64,000 nucleotides of DNA, taken from positions 160,001-224,000 of the forward strand of contig CAWJKZ010000015.1 in the NCBI GenBank assembly GCA_963843575.1. Reading direction: 5' to 3'. The position numbers and the translations under genes were made by a program. This DNA is from an uncultured Acidobacteriota bacterium (GTDB lineage: Bacteria > Acidobacteriota > UBA6911). Shown in pieces: positions 19,640-28,839 of the stretch. How positions within the stretch are numbered: position 1 is the stretch's first letter; every line of letters starts with the position of its first letter. Below the pieces are notes generated by a model. It searched no databases and was not told where the DNA came from. It saw only the letters and a list, made by a program, of their open reading frames with translations.

Positions 19640-20611
19640 ATGATGAATAACTTCTCTTACGTGAAGGCGGGCTCGGTTGCGGAGGCCATCAAGGCCCTCG
19701 GAACGAAGGGTGCCAGGATTCACGCGGGCGGGTCGGACCTGTTCGGCTGCATTCGCGACGGGGTGATGCCGGTCGAGAAGGTGGTGAGCATCAGCGCCAT
19801 CAAGGAACTGCAGGGCATCTCGACACGGCCCGACGGCGGAATCCGGATCGGAGCCCTGACCACCATCGCGGAGGTCGCTGCGCACCCGGGGCTCAGGCAG
19901 AAATTCACTGTCTTGGCGCAGGCCGCGGGCGACGTGGCCAGCCCCCAGTTGCGGAACCAGGGGACGATCGGCGGGAACATTTGCCAGCGGCCGCGCTGCT
20001 GGTATTTCCGCGGAGAGTTCCTGTGCGCCAGGAAGGGAGGCGACACCTGCTACGCCGTCCAGGGCGAGAACCAGTACCACGCCATCTTCGGCGGGGGCCC
20101 CTGTTTCTTCGTGCACCCGTCTGATACGGCCGTGGCGCTGGTGGCGCTCGGTGCCCAGTTGATGGTTGCCGGGCCGGCCGGGCCGCGGGCCGTGAGGATC
20201 TCCGAGTTCTTCGTCGGGCCCGACAAGAACATGGAAAAGGAAAACGTACTCGCCCCCAACGAGATCGTGACCGAGATCCATCTCCCGGCGCAGGCCGTTT
20301 CGGTGCGGAGCTCCTACCGCAAAGTGCGGGGCCGCGGTGCTTGGGACTTCGCGCTCACGAGCGTCGGACTCGTCCTTCAGGTCGAACAGGGGACCATCAG
20401 CCGGGCGCGGGTGGTCCTGGGCGGCGTCGGTCCGTTCCCGTGGCGCGCGCAGGCCGCGGAAAAGGCACTCGTCGGAAAGAAGCTGGATGCCGCGTCCGCC
20501 GCTGCCGCAGGGCAGGCGGCAGCCGAAGGCGCCACCCCCCTCGATCAAAACGCCTACAAGGTGCAGATGGTCAAAGGGGCGGTCGAGGAATCGCTTCTGG
20601 CGTTTGTGTGA
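19640..20611 (+). CDS. Xanthine dehydrogenase-family FAD subunit (PaoB/YagS-like)
   Basis: AGGSDL, SPQLRNQGTIGGNICQRPRCWYFR and HPSD motifs. Confidence 0.9.
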   Translation: MMNNFSYVKAGSVAEAIKALGTKGARIHAGGSDLFGCIRDGVMPVEKVVSISAIKELQGISTRPDGGIRIGALTTIAEVAAHPGLRQKFTVLAQAAGDVASPQLRNQGTIGGNICQRPRCWYFRGEFLCARKGGDTCYAVQGENQYHAIFGGGPCFFVHPSDTAVALVALGAQLMVAGPAGPRAVRISEFFVGPDKNMEKENVLAPNEIVTEIHLPAQAVSVRSSYRKVRGRGAWDFALTSVGLVLQVEQGTISRARVVLGGVGPFPWRAQAAEKALVGKKLDAASAAAAGQAAAEGATPLDQNAYKVQMVKGAVEESLLAFV

Positions 20612-20614
20612 TTT

Positions 20615-20669
20615 TGGAGTGCGGCGCCAAGGCGCCGCCTCGAAAGCGGCGTCGAGCCGCCGCACTCCA
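20615..20669. repeat. REP-like palindrome, family B
   Basis: TGGAGTGCGGCG...CGCCGCACTCCA, 12-bp inverted arms between convergent genes. Confidence 0.75.
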
Positions 20670-20671
20670 TA

Positions 20672-21790
20672 TTACCGGTTCAGGATGACGCGTGCGACGG
20701 CGAGGATGTCCGACACGATGTCCGCCGTGCGCGACGGGAACCGGCCCGAAGGGTATCGGGTCGACGCCGGCTCGCTCGGCGCCCGCCGTTCCGTCGTGGC
20801 CGGGCCCGCCTCGGGCGACCACAGATAGTCGACCGTGAGCCAGTCGTTGTCTCTCATCTTCAAGGCCCCGGTGAAAACGCCGTCCGCCAGATCTATCCCG
20901 GCCGGATTGGAGACGCGCCGGCCAAATCCGTCCCTCCCGCCGTTGTAGCCCTCCAGAAACGCCGCCTGGGCCTGGGGCACTCCCTGTGGCAGGTCGCGCC
21001 ACTGTTCCCGGCGTGCCGCGGGATTCCAGTGGTCGTCCCGGATATTCCAGGGGCCGACGTCCCAGACGGGCGCGACCACCGACGTGCCCTGATAGGTCAG
21101 CCTGACCTGGAACTCGCGTCCGCCGGCGCTCGAGAGGGCGCGGCGCGACGGCAGTGCGACAAACCGGTCGTTGCGCCTCACAACGTGACCGTTGGCGGTC
21201 GTGCGGCCGACCAGGCCCTCGCGCGTCGCGAAGATCCGGCTCCCATCGGAGGCCTCCCTGCGGCCCCCGCGGACCGGCGGGACCCGGAGTCGCCGTTCGT
21301 GCGCGTATCCGTAGGGTGCGCCCGCCTCGTCCCTGGAAAAAACCAGCCCCACACCGCTGCCGCGCGTCAAGGCAAAGCGGCATTCGAGGGCCATCACGGC
21401 GCCTGGCAGGACCGCCACCTGGTCGAAAACCTGAATCTTGTATCCGGGCGCGAATGCGACAACGGTGTACGGGCGGGACGGGTACGGGGTCGGCACCCGG
21501 TTGACGATGAATTCCCCACGAGCGTTCGACTCCGACCGCCGTACGCCGGCCGCCAGCAGCAGGTTGTGCAACTCCGACGTCCAGCCGCCACTTCCCCGCA
21601 GCGGCCAGGGTTTCTCGATGAGGATCACGGTCGCGCCGCGCAACCCCCGGCCGCTCTTGGAGTCGACCACCTTGCCGACCACGTTCCCCACGTAACGGCT
21701 CTGGTCAAATGAGGAGGGCCGACGGGCGGAGGCGCCGTATGCCACGGCCCAGACGGACAAAAGCAGTATGGCGAACAAGCAGCGCTTCAT
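20672..21790 (-). CDS. Secreted protein: carboxypeptidase-regulatory-like domain plus an ATREGLVG DPBB-like domain
   Basis: Signal peptide; GKVVDSKSGRGLRGATV; C-terminal FATREGLVGRTTANGH...FVALPS...VWDVGPWN...IDLADG. Confidence 0.6.
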   Translation of the reverse strand: MKRCLFAILLLSVWAVAYGASARRPSSFDQSRYVGNVVGKVVDSKSGRGLRGATVILIEKPWPLRGSGGWTSELHNLLLAAGVRRSESNARGEFIVNRVPTPYPSRPYTVVAFAPGYKIQVFDQVAVLPGAVMALECRFALTRGSGVGLVFSRDEAGAPYGYAHERRLRVPPVRGGRREASDGSRIFATREGLVGRTTANGHVVRRNDRFVALPSRRALSSAGGREFQVRLTYQGTSVVAPVWDVGPWNIRDDHWNPAARREQWRDLPQGVPQAQAAFLEGYNGGRDGFGRRVSNPAGIDLADGVFTGALKMRDNDWLTVDYLWSPEAGPATTERRAPSEPASTRYPSGRFPSRTADIVSDILAVARVILNR

Positions 21791-21796
21791 AGGACG

Positions 21797-22318
21797 CTAA
21801 CCGGCCGGACCGCGGACCTCGCCCGCGGCACAGCTGTAGAGGAAATACAGGTCCTCCGGACGCTCCAGCAGCGTGGCGCGGAGTCTCAGGGTTTCCTTGT
21901 CGACCCAACCCTCGAAGTAAGTGGAAAAGCGCTCGTTAGGGGGAGGCAGCTTCACCTCGCGGAGCGCGCCGGAGCCCGCTTCGACCACCCATACGTGCGT
22001 TGTGGTCATGGGGCTGTGCCCCTCCAGGTCGAACGACTCGAACGCCACCAGGCGCCCGTCTGGCGACCAGCTGACGTTGCGCGCGGTTTCCCCCTCGGAG
22101 AGGGTCGCGACCAGGCGCCGCAAATTTCCCGGATACGCTACGAGCCACAGCTCCGTTTTCCGCGATCCCTGCACGATCTCAATTCCACGATCGCCGGCCG
22201 GGGAAACGACGGCCGCGCCGTCCGGCGCGCCGCGACGGCCAAGCACGACCCACAGAGCTGCCGCCACGAGGAGCAGCAGAACGGCTCCGGCGGCCACTTT
22301 CGAGGTAAGGCGCTTCAT
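21797..22318 (-). CDS. Membrane-anchored hypothetical protein with a PD40/TolB-like repeat
   Basis: N-terminal TM segment; SWSPDGRLVAF. Confidence 0.55.
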   Translation of the reverse strand: MKRLTSKVAAGAVLLLLVAAALWVVLGRRGAPDGAAVVSPAGDRGIEIVQGSRKTELWLVAYPGNLRRLVATLSEGETARNVSWSPDGRLVAFESFDLEGHSPMTTTHVWVVEAGSGALREVKLPPPNERFSTYFEGWVDKETLRLRATLLERPEDLYFLYSCAAGEVRGPAG

Positions 22319-22377
22319 GTAGGATTAGACGCGCAGCGCGTGGATCGTTCTCAATCGAATCCGCATCCGAAAAAACC

Positions 22378-23502
22378 TTACGGGCGGAAGAAGCGGGCCG
22401 GGGCCAGCACGGGAGCGGCCGGGTGGCTGCTGTGGCCGTGGACGATGTGATCCGCGGCGATGGAGCCGACGGCCGCGGAGCAGGTGATCCCGTGTCCGCC
22501 CAGTCCGGCGACCCAGAAGAGCCCGGAGACCCGGGGATCGGGCCCGACGACGAAGTGCTGATCCGGGGAAAAGGTGCGCATCCCGGCCCAGAGGCGCGCT
22601 GCGCCCGCGTGGGCCAGGGTGGGAAGCCAGCGTGCCGCCTTGGAAGCGATCTGGCCGGCGACTTCCGGGTCCACGTTCTCCCCCTGCTCCGGCTTGACCC
22701 CTGCCGTGTCGCAGGACGAGAGGAGCAGGCCCCCGCTTTCGGGCCTGAAGTAGAATTCGTCTCCCATTATCCAAACGACAGGCCACGCGGGATCGACTTC
22801 CGTCAGCGGGCTGGTCACCATCAGGTGCCGGCGGCGCGGGGCCAGGGGGAGGGGATAGCCGGCAGCGGCCGCGAGCTCGTCGCCCCAGGCGCCTGCTGCC
22901 AGGACGACGCGCCCGGTCTCGAGTCTGCCCTCCGTGGTGTCGACTGCGGCGATCCGTCCATCCTCGGCATGGATTCGAAGCGCGCGGCAATTGAGTCGCA
23001 ACTCCGCCCCCGCGTTCCGGGCGGCCCTGAGGAACCCCTGGTGTAGAGCGTCGACGTCGACGACCCCTTCGTCGGCGCCGTAGAGCACGCGCGCTATTCC
23101 CGGGGCCAGGCACGGGATGCGGCTATACAGTTGCTCGGAGCCCGCTTCCTCGATGCCGTCGCCCCATTGCGCCGCCTCCGCCCATCCCTGCAGCACCTTC
23201 ACCTGGTCTTCCGGGGCCGCGATGTACAGACCGACGGTATTGACCAGCGGTGCTTCGGCGAACCCACGGGGTGGGCGGAGCAGGAAGCCCTTTGACTCGG
23301 AGGCCAGGGCATACAGCGCCCGGTCCGGGATCACCGATCGGAGGATGGCAGCGTTCCGGCCCGTGGAGTGCAGCCCGGCCACGGCCTCCTTCTCGAGGAG
23401 CAGGACGTTGCGGACTCCTTTACGGGTCAGGAAATATGCGGTCGCTGCGCCGGCGATCCCGGCGCCGACAATGATCACCGGCGAGTTCTTGCCTTCGTTC
23501 AT
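22378..23502 (-). CDS. FAD-dependent oxidoreductase (DAO / sarcosine-oxidase-beta-like)
   Basis: GAGIAG; HSTGRNAA; WAGMRTFSPD; GLGGHGI. Confidence 0.85.
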   Translation of the reverse strand: MNEGKNSPVIIVGAGIAGAATAYFLTRKGVRNVLLLEKEAVAGLHSTGRNAAILRSVIPDRALYALASESKGFLLRPPRGFAEAPLVNTVGLYIAAPEDQVKVLQGWAEAAQWGDGIEEAGSEQLYSRIPCLAPGIARVLYGADEGVVDVDALHQGFLRAARNAGAELRLNCRALRIHAEDGRIAAVDTTEGRLETGRVVLAAGAWGDELAAAAGYPLPLAPRRRHLMVTSPLTEVDPAWPVVWIMGDEFYFRPESGGLLLSSCDTAGVKPEQGENVDPEVAGQIASKAARWLPTLAHAGAARLWAGMRTFSPDQHFVVGPDPRVSGLFWVAGLGGHGITCSAAVGSIAADHIVHGHSSHPAAPVLAPARFFRP

Positions 23503-23558
23503 GGCTGAGTTGGTCCGTTCGGATTCGTGGGCCGTGGTTCCCGCGGGCCGCGCTCTCC

Positions 23559-24011
23559 CTATTGGGAACTCATGACGATCTGGATAAGGTCGTCCAGGAG
23601 GGTCACTTTCGGGTTTTCGACGATCCTGCCGATCTCCTTGCCGTCCCGGTAGACGATGAACGTCGGGACCCGCTCGACCTGCAGTTCTTCGACAAAGTAT
23701 TTGACGTCGTTTGAGGGTTTGCGCTCGACCGCGTAGTACCTGACGGCTGTCGTGGAGTTCAGGCTGTCGACTATCTTGAGGAAGGCGGGGATGTTGACGC
23801 GGGAGTCGGAGCACCAGAGCCCCAGGTACACGTCGATCCGCAAGTGCTCGTCTACCCTGGATTTGAGGAGGTCGAGCAGTTCCGGTTCCGCCTTGTACGC
23901 CTCGTAGTTTTCCCGCCATTCCTTTCCGTTTTCCAGAATCTTGTCGCGGGTGATCGCCTCGGGGCCCAGGAACGGCGTCATCAGGATGACCGCAGTCAGA
24001 ACGCTCAACAT
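23559..24011 (-). CDS. Thioredoxin-like protein (WCSDS)
   Basis: LGLWCSDS (CxxS) and VPTFI cis-Pro motif. Confidence 0.75.
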   Translation of the reverse strand: MLSVLTAVILMTPFLGPEAITRDKILENGKEWRENYEAYKAEPELLDLLKSRVDEHLRIDVYLGLWCSDSRVNIPAFLKIVDSLNSTTAVRYYAVERKPSNDVKYFVEELQVERVPTFIVYRDGKEIGRIVENPKVTLLDDLIQIVMSSQ

Positions 24012-24227
24012 CTCGTCCCCTCCATGCTCCCGGTTGTGCACGGTTCAATGAAGAGGTTATCCCGTTCCGGTCGTTTTTTCCAGAGGAGGGAGGGTTTCAG
24101 GGGGGGGGTGCGGTGGTGGGCCGCGGCGGCTCGCCGCGGCCCGGTGGATCTCGTTTGCGCAGTTCGGGTCCTGACATCGCGCAGTTGTAGCCTACTTGGG
24201 GCGGGGATCAGGCTGCCCCTGGGCTGC

Positions 24228-24659
24228 TTATCTGGCAGCCGCAATCACGACGCTCTTTCCGGGTTGGCTTGAGTACGCGAGCGCCATCTCGCGCTCGGCA
24301 GGGGTCTTGGCCACATCGGCTGCAACGCTGGTGTTCTGTAACTTCGAAAGGAAATAGGAGCTGCCGTAACGATTGAAGACCAGACAGGTCGCAGCGCGGG
24401 TGCTCGCACCAGGGATGGCGGTGAACAGGTGAACGACCCTTCCGTCCATGTTCCGGATAAGGACCGTCGATCCCGACGCCCGGCCAAGCGTTCCCTGCAG
24501 GTCGAAGACGTATACTCCGGCGGGAATCTGCTGGCTGCCGGCGAAAAACGAAAACGGAATGTCCGCCCGCAGCCGGTTTGCGCCGTCTGCGGATGCAGTC
24601 AAGGTCATGCCGAGAACGAGAACGCTCAATGCGACGATCGTGGTCAGAGTGTGTTTCAT
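24228..24659 (-). CDS. Secreted hypothetical protein of a family typical of Acidobacteria
   Basis: Signal peptide; ADIPFSFFAG...PAGVY and LVFNRYG..YFLS patterns. Confidence 0.6.
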   Translation of the reverse strand: MKHTLTTIVALSVLVLGMTLTASADGANRLRADIPFSFFAGSQQIPAGVYVFDLQGTLGRASGSTVLIRNMDGRVVHLFTAIPGASTRAATCLVFNRYGSSYFLSKLQNTSVAADVAKTPAEREMALAYSSQPGKSVVIAAAR

Positions 24660-24796
24660 AGGCCCTCCAGGTTCATCCCCACGCCCCCCGGTCCGACTTC
24701 GGGCGGGGGATCGTTTCTGTTTCGACGAGTTAGACGAACCAAGGCGCCGAGGCGACTACGAGGATTGGCCGAGGAATCTCTCAGGAATGAAGATCG

Positions 24797-24847
24797 TGGA
24801 GTGCGGCGGCCACCAAGGGGCCGAGGTCGCAGAGGCGCCGCACTCCA
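24797..24847. repeat. REP-like palindrome, family B
   Basis: TGGAGTGCGGCG...CGCCGCACTCCA. Confidence 0.7.
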
Positions 24848-24885
24848 GATTACTGCAGTTAAGCCTCTGAAGCGCGGACCCGCGG

Positions 24886-25257
24886 TCAGACGATGAACGG
24901 GAGGACGATGACGAGTTCGTCCTCCTCGGCGAACGGGGAACCGCAGTGCGCGCAGAAGCGGAAGCGGTACCGTCCGGGCTGCTGGTAATCCGACCCGCAG
25001 TTGCCGCACTGTATGTCGGTGAGCCGCTCCCATTCGTTTTCGATGATTCGTCTCGCCTCGTCGAACTCCGGTTCCATGCCGTTCAGGGAAAGGCAGCACC
25101 AGGGGCAGAAGCTGTACTCCTCGAATCGGTCCTCGGGCAGAGGCAGCAGGCAGCGAGGGCAGAAGCGGGTATCCTCGTGCTCCCTGTCGAGGTAGATCAT
25201 CATTTCGGCGCGCAAGGCGAGGAGGATGCGCCGTTTTTCGTCCCGGGAATAGCGCAT
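24886..25257 (-). CDS. Double zinc-ribbon protein
   Basis: CPRC, CPWC, CGNC and CAHC motifs. Confidence 0.65.
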   Translation of the reverse strand: MRYSRDEKRRILLALRAEMMIYLDREHEDTRFCPRCLLPLPEDRFEEYSFCPWCCLSLNGMEPEFDEARRIIENEWERLTDIQCGNCGSDYQQPGRYRFRFCAHCGSPFAEEDELVIVLPFIV

Positions 25258-25352
25258 TTCGCAGATTGTAGCATGCGGCCAAAGCGCCGGGAGCCGCGGG
25301 CGTGCTATCATCAGCTGCTGTCGCCATATACCATATTTAGGAGAGCACGGCT

Positions 25353-25781
25353 ATGTTGCGAAAATTTGGCGCTCTGATGTTCGTCGGGCTGCTCGCGGGG
25401 TGCTCCGCTCCCGGCGAGAGCAGCTTTGTCGCCACCCCGTCCGGTCTGAAGTACTACGACCATAGGAAGGGAGCAGGGGACGAAGCTGTGAAGGGTGCGA
25501 TGGTTTCCGTGCATTACACCGGGTGGCTGTACGAAAACGGCAAGCGCGGGGCGAAGTTCGACAGCTCGCGCGACGGGGCAGGCAAACCCTTCGGTTTTGA
25601 GCTCGGCCGGGGAGAGGTGATCGATGGCTGGGACGAGGGTGTTCAGGGCATGAAGGTCGGGGGCAAGCGGGAGTTGATCATTCCTCCCCAGCTGGGCTAT
25701 GGCGCCGCCGGGGCCCCGGGTTCGATTCCGGGCAACGCGACCCTGGACTTCGAGATCGAATTGCTGAGGGTCGCCAAGTGA
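25353..25781 (+). CDS. FKBP-type peptidyl-prolyl isomerase (lipoprotein)
   Basis: LAGC lipobox; VHYTGWL, FDSS, VIDGWDEG and IPPQLGYG motifs. Confidence 0.92.
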   Translation: MLRKFGALMFVGLLAGCSAPGESSFVATPSGLKYYDHRKGAGDEAVKGAMVSVHYTGWLYENGKRGAKFDSSRDGAGKPFGFELGRGEVIDGWDEGVQGMKVGGKRELIIPPQLGYGAAGAPGSIPGNATLDFEIELLRVAK

Positions 25782-25841
25782 TTCACCCCGGCGGGCGTGT
25801 CCCGGAGCGCACATCGGCGGCCGGGAGAGAGGAGGAGGACT

Positions 25842-27368
25842 TTGCTGCTGTACGACGTGATTCGACGGGGGGCGGAAGGGTATCCGGGCAGGGACGCGCT
25901 CCTGTACCGGGACAGGACAATCACCTATGGACAACTCGCGGCGGAGGTTAACCGAATCGCTGCAGGGTTGCGCGCCCACGGGATCGGACCGGGGGACGCG
26001 GTCGCCCTGTTGCTGCCGAATTGCCTCGAGTTTACCTTCGTCTATTATGCCGCGACCTCGATTGGCGCCCTCTGCGTCCCGGCCAACCCGCTCCTGAAGC
26101 CCGCGGAGCTCGAGTACATCTGGGGCGATTGCCGGTCCCGGATGGTCGTGACGGCACCGGGGCTCGTCCCGGGGGTCCTGGAGGCGGGGCGCAACCTGCC
26201 GCACCTGGGCTCGGTGCTGAGCATCGGCCCCGAACCCGCGCCAGCCGGCGCCCTGGCTCTCGAGGACATCCTTGCGGCGGCCCCCCCACCTGCCCTGGAA
26301 CTCCATGGTATTCAAGAAGATGATCCGGCTGTCTGCATTTACACCTCCGGCACGACCGGCCGGCCCAAGGGCGCCCTGCTGTCTCACAAGAACCTGCTCG
26401 CCAATTCCAGACAGGTCGCCGAGGCGTTCCAGTTCACCCGGGATGATACGGTGGTCTGCGTGCTCCCGTTGTTTCACTCGTTTGCCGCGACGGTGTGCCA
26501 GAACACCATCCTGAACTGCGGCGCACGCGTGGTGCTGCTGGAGCAGTTTCACCCGGCGCGGACTTTGGAAGCGATCGCCGCTTTTCGGGCAACCGTTTTC
26601 CCGGCGGTGCCGGCCATGTTCGCCGCCCTCCTGCAATTTGCCGGCGACCGCCCGGAAGCCTTCTCCACGGTGAGGGCCTGCGTGTCGGGCGGGGCGCCCA
26701 TGCCGGTTAACATCATGGAGGCATTCGAGAAGAAGTTCCGCACCAGGGTGCTGGAAGGGGACGGACCCACCGAATGCTCACCGGTGACGGCGGTGAATCC
26801 TCTCAACGGTCCACGCAAGGTAGGGAGCATCGGGCTCCCGATCCCCGGGGTGGAGATGTGCATTTTCGACGAGGATGACCGGGAGGTGCCACGCAACCAG
26901 GTCGGTGAAATCGTCGTGCGCGGCGAGAATGTGATGCTCGGGTATCTGAATCAGCCCCAGGCGACGGCCGAGGCGATGAGATCGGGCTGGTACCACACCG
27001 GAGACCTCGGGAAGCAGGACGAGGACGGGTATTTCTACATCGTCGACCGCAAGAAGGACATGCTGATCGTCGGCGGCATCAACGTCTATCCGCGGGAAGT
27101 CGAGGACGTGCTCGTCACCCACCCGGCGGTACTGGACGCCGCCGTTATCGGCGACGCCGATCCGCTGAAAGGCGAGGAGGTCCTGGCCATCGTGGTCCGG
27201 AAACCGGGAGCGGAAGTGGCGGAACCGGATCTGATCAAGCACTGCCGGTCGCGGCTCGCGAACTTCAAGGTGCCGCGCCGGATCATTTTCCGCGATACCC
27301 TCCCGTACAGCAACACGGGCAAAGTGCTGAAGCGCATGCTCCGCAAGGAGCTCGACCTCGGCGCCTGA
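25842..27368 (+). CDS. Long-chain-fatty-acid--CoA ligase
   Basis: YTSGTTGRPKG, GWYHTGDLG and DRKKD motifs; GGAGG RBS before TTG 25842. Confidence 0.88.
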   Translation: MLLYDVIRRGAEGYPGRDALLYRDRTITYGQLAAEVNRIAAGLRAHGIGPGDAVALLLPNCLEFTFVYYAATSIGALCVPANPLLKPAELEYIWGDCRSRMVVTAPGLVPGVLEAGRNLPHLGSVLSIGPEPAPAGALALEDILAAAPPPALELHGIQEDDPAVCIYTSGTTGRPKGALLSHKNLLANSRQVAEAFQFTRDDTVVCVLPLFHSFAATVCQNTILNCGARVVLLEQFHPARTLEAIAAFRATVFPAVPAMFAALLQFAGDRPEAFSTVRACVSGGAPMPVNIMEAFEKKFRTRVLEGDGPTECSPVTAVNPLNGPRKVGSIGLPIPGVEMCIFDEDDREVPRNQVGEIVVRGENVMLGYLNQPQATAEAMRSGWYHTGDLGKQDEDGYFYIVDRKKDMLIVGGINVYPREVEDVLVTHPAVLDAAVIGDADPLKGEEVLAIVVRKPGAEVAEPDLIKHCRSRLANFKVPRRIIFRDTLPYSNTGKVLKRMLRKELDLGA

Positions 27369-27443
27369 CCCGGGGTGGCCTGTCGGGCGAAACCCATCAC
27401 GAGAACAGACCGAAAGACCGAACGGAGGAAGAATCCGCGAACC

Positions 27444-28706
27444 ATGAAAACACTGATGCCGCTCCTGCTGGCTTTTTGCTCTTCCGCGCTTGCGCAAACC
27501 CCCGATGCGGTGGTGGCTCGCGTCCTCAGCGATCCGAAGTTCCGGGACGCTGCCGCCTACATCGAGAAGGACCACGAACGGATCGTGCAGGACATCGTCC
27601 GTCTGACGGAAATCCCGGCCCCGCCCTTCAAGGAAGGCCCCCGCGCGAAGGCGTTTCTGGCCATGCTGCGGCAGCACGGACTCAGCGACGTCGAGCGGGA
27701 CGCCGAAGGGAACGTCATGGGGTTGCGGCGCGGCAGCGGCGGAGGCCCTCTGCTCGCGATTGCGGCGCACCTCGACACCGTTTTCCCCGAGGGGACGAAC
27801 GTCAAGGTCAAGAGGGAGGGGACGATCCTGACTGCGCCGGGCGTCGGCGACGACTCGCGCAGCCTGGCCGTTCTGCTCGGCATCCTGCGGGCCCTGGACG
27901 CGTCAGCCATCCGAACCGCGAGCGACATCCTGTTTATCGGGAACGTCGGCGAGGAGGGACAGGGCGACCTCCGCGGCATGCGCTACATCTTCGGGTCGGG
28001 CCGCTACAAGGACCGCATCAAAGCCTTCATCTCGGTCGACGGCGCGGGAATGAACCGGATCACTAACGGTGCCCTGGGAAGCAAGAGGTACCGGGTCGTG
28101 TTTCGCGGGCCAGGCGGGCACAGCTATGGTTCCTTCGGCATTGTCAGCCCGGCGTTCGCCCTAGGCCAGGCGATCGACCATTTTTCCCGGCTCCGCGTGC
28201 CGGCGGATCCCAGGACCACCTTCAACGTCGGGGTGCTCGGCGGCGGTACTTCGGTCAATTCCATCCCCCATCAGGTCTGGATGGAAGTGGACATGAGATC
28301 GGAATCGCCGGAGGAGCTGAAGCGGGTCACGGGCGAGTTCCTGAAAATCGTCCAGGAAGCGGCCGATGCCGAGAACCGGACGCGTTCCACGCAGCAGGGA
28401 AGTGTCACGGTCGAATGCAAGTTGATCGGGGACCGGCCCTCCGGGCAAACCCCGTTGACCGCGCCGCTGGTTCAAGCGACCGCAGCCGTGTTGCGCAGCC
28501 AGGGGATGGAGCCCCGGTACGAAATCAGCAGCACCGATGCCAACATCCCGATCAGCCTCGGGATTCCGGCCATAACGATCGGTTCCGGTGGCCGCGGCGG
28601 CCGGGGCCATTCTCTCCAGGAGTGGATCGACGTTGAAAAGACCGTAAGCGTGCGCGGCATCACGGCCCTGATGGCCGTGCTCCTTTCGGCGGCGGGCGTG
28701 CAATAG
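27444..28706 (+). CDS. Secreted M20/M25/M40-family metallopeptidase
   Basis: AHLDTVF, GVGDD, GEEG, STDAN and HS..EW motifs. Confidence 0.85.
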   Translation: MKTLMPLLLAFCSSALAQTPDAVVARVLSDPKFRDAAAYIEKDHERIVQDIVRLTEIPAPPFKEGPRAKAFLAMLRQHGLSDVERDAEGNVMGLRRGSGGGPLLAIAAHLDTVFPEGTNVKVKREGTILTAPGVGDDSRSLAVLLGILRALDASAIRTASDILFIGNVGEEGQGDLRGMRYIFGSGRYKDRIKAFISVDGAGMNRITNGALGSKRYRVVFRGPGGHSYGSFGIVSPAFALGQAIDHFSRLRVPADPRTTFNVGVLGGGTSVNSIPHQVWMEVDMRSESPEELKRVTGEFLKIVQEAADAENRTRSTQQGSVTVECKLIGDRPSGQTPLTAPLVQATAAVLRSQGMEPRYEISSTDANIPISLGIPAITIGSGGRGGRGHSLQEWIDVEKTVSVRGITALMAVLLSAAGVQ

Positions 28707-28839
28707 TCGGGAGATGTGCCGCGGAGCCTGACTGCGCCCCAATCTTGTGTTTTTAAGATAGATAGCTTCGTGATTCTTTGCGGTCTTGAAGTCTTGGAGG
28801 TGTGTTCTGAAGCGCACCTCCAAGTCTTCGCTTCAAGAG

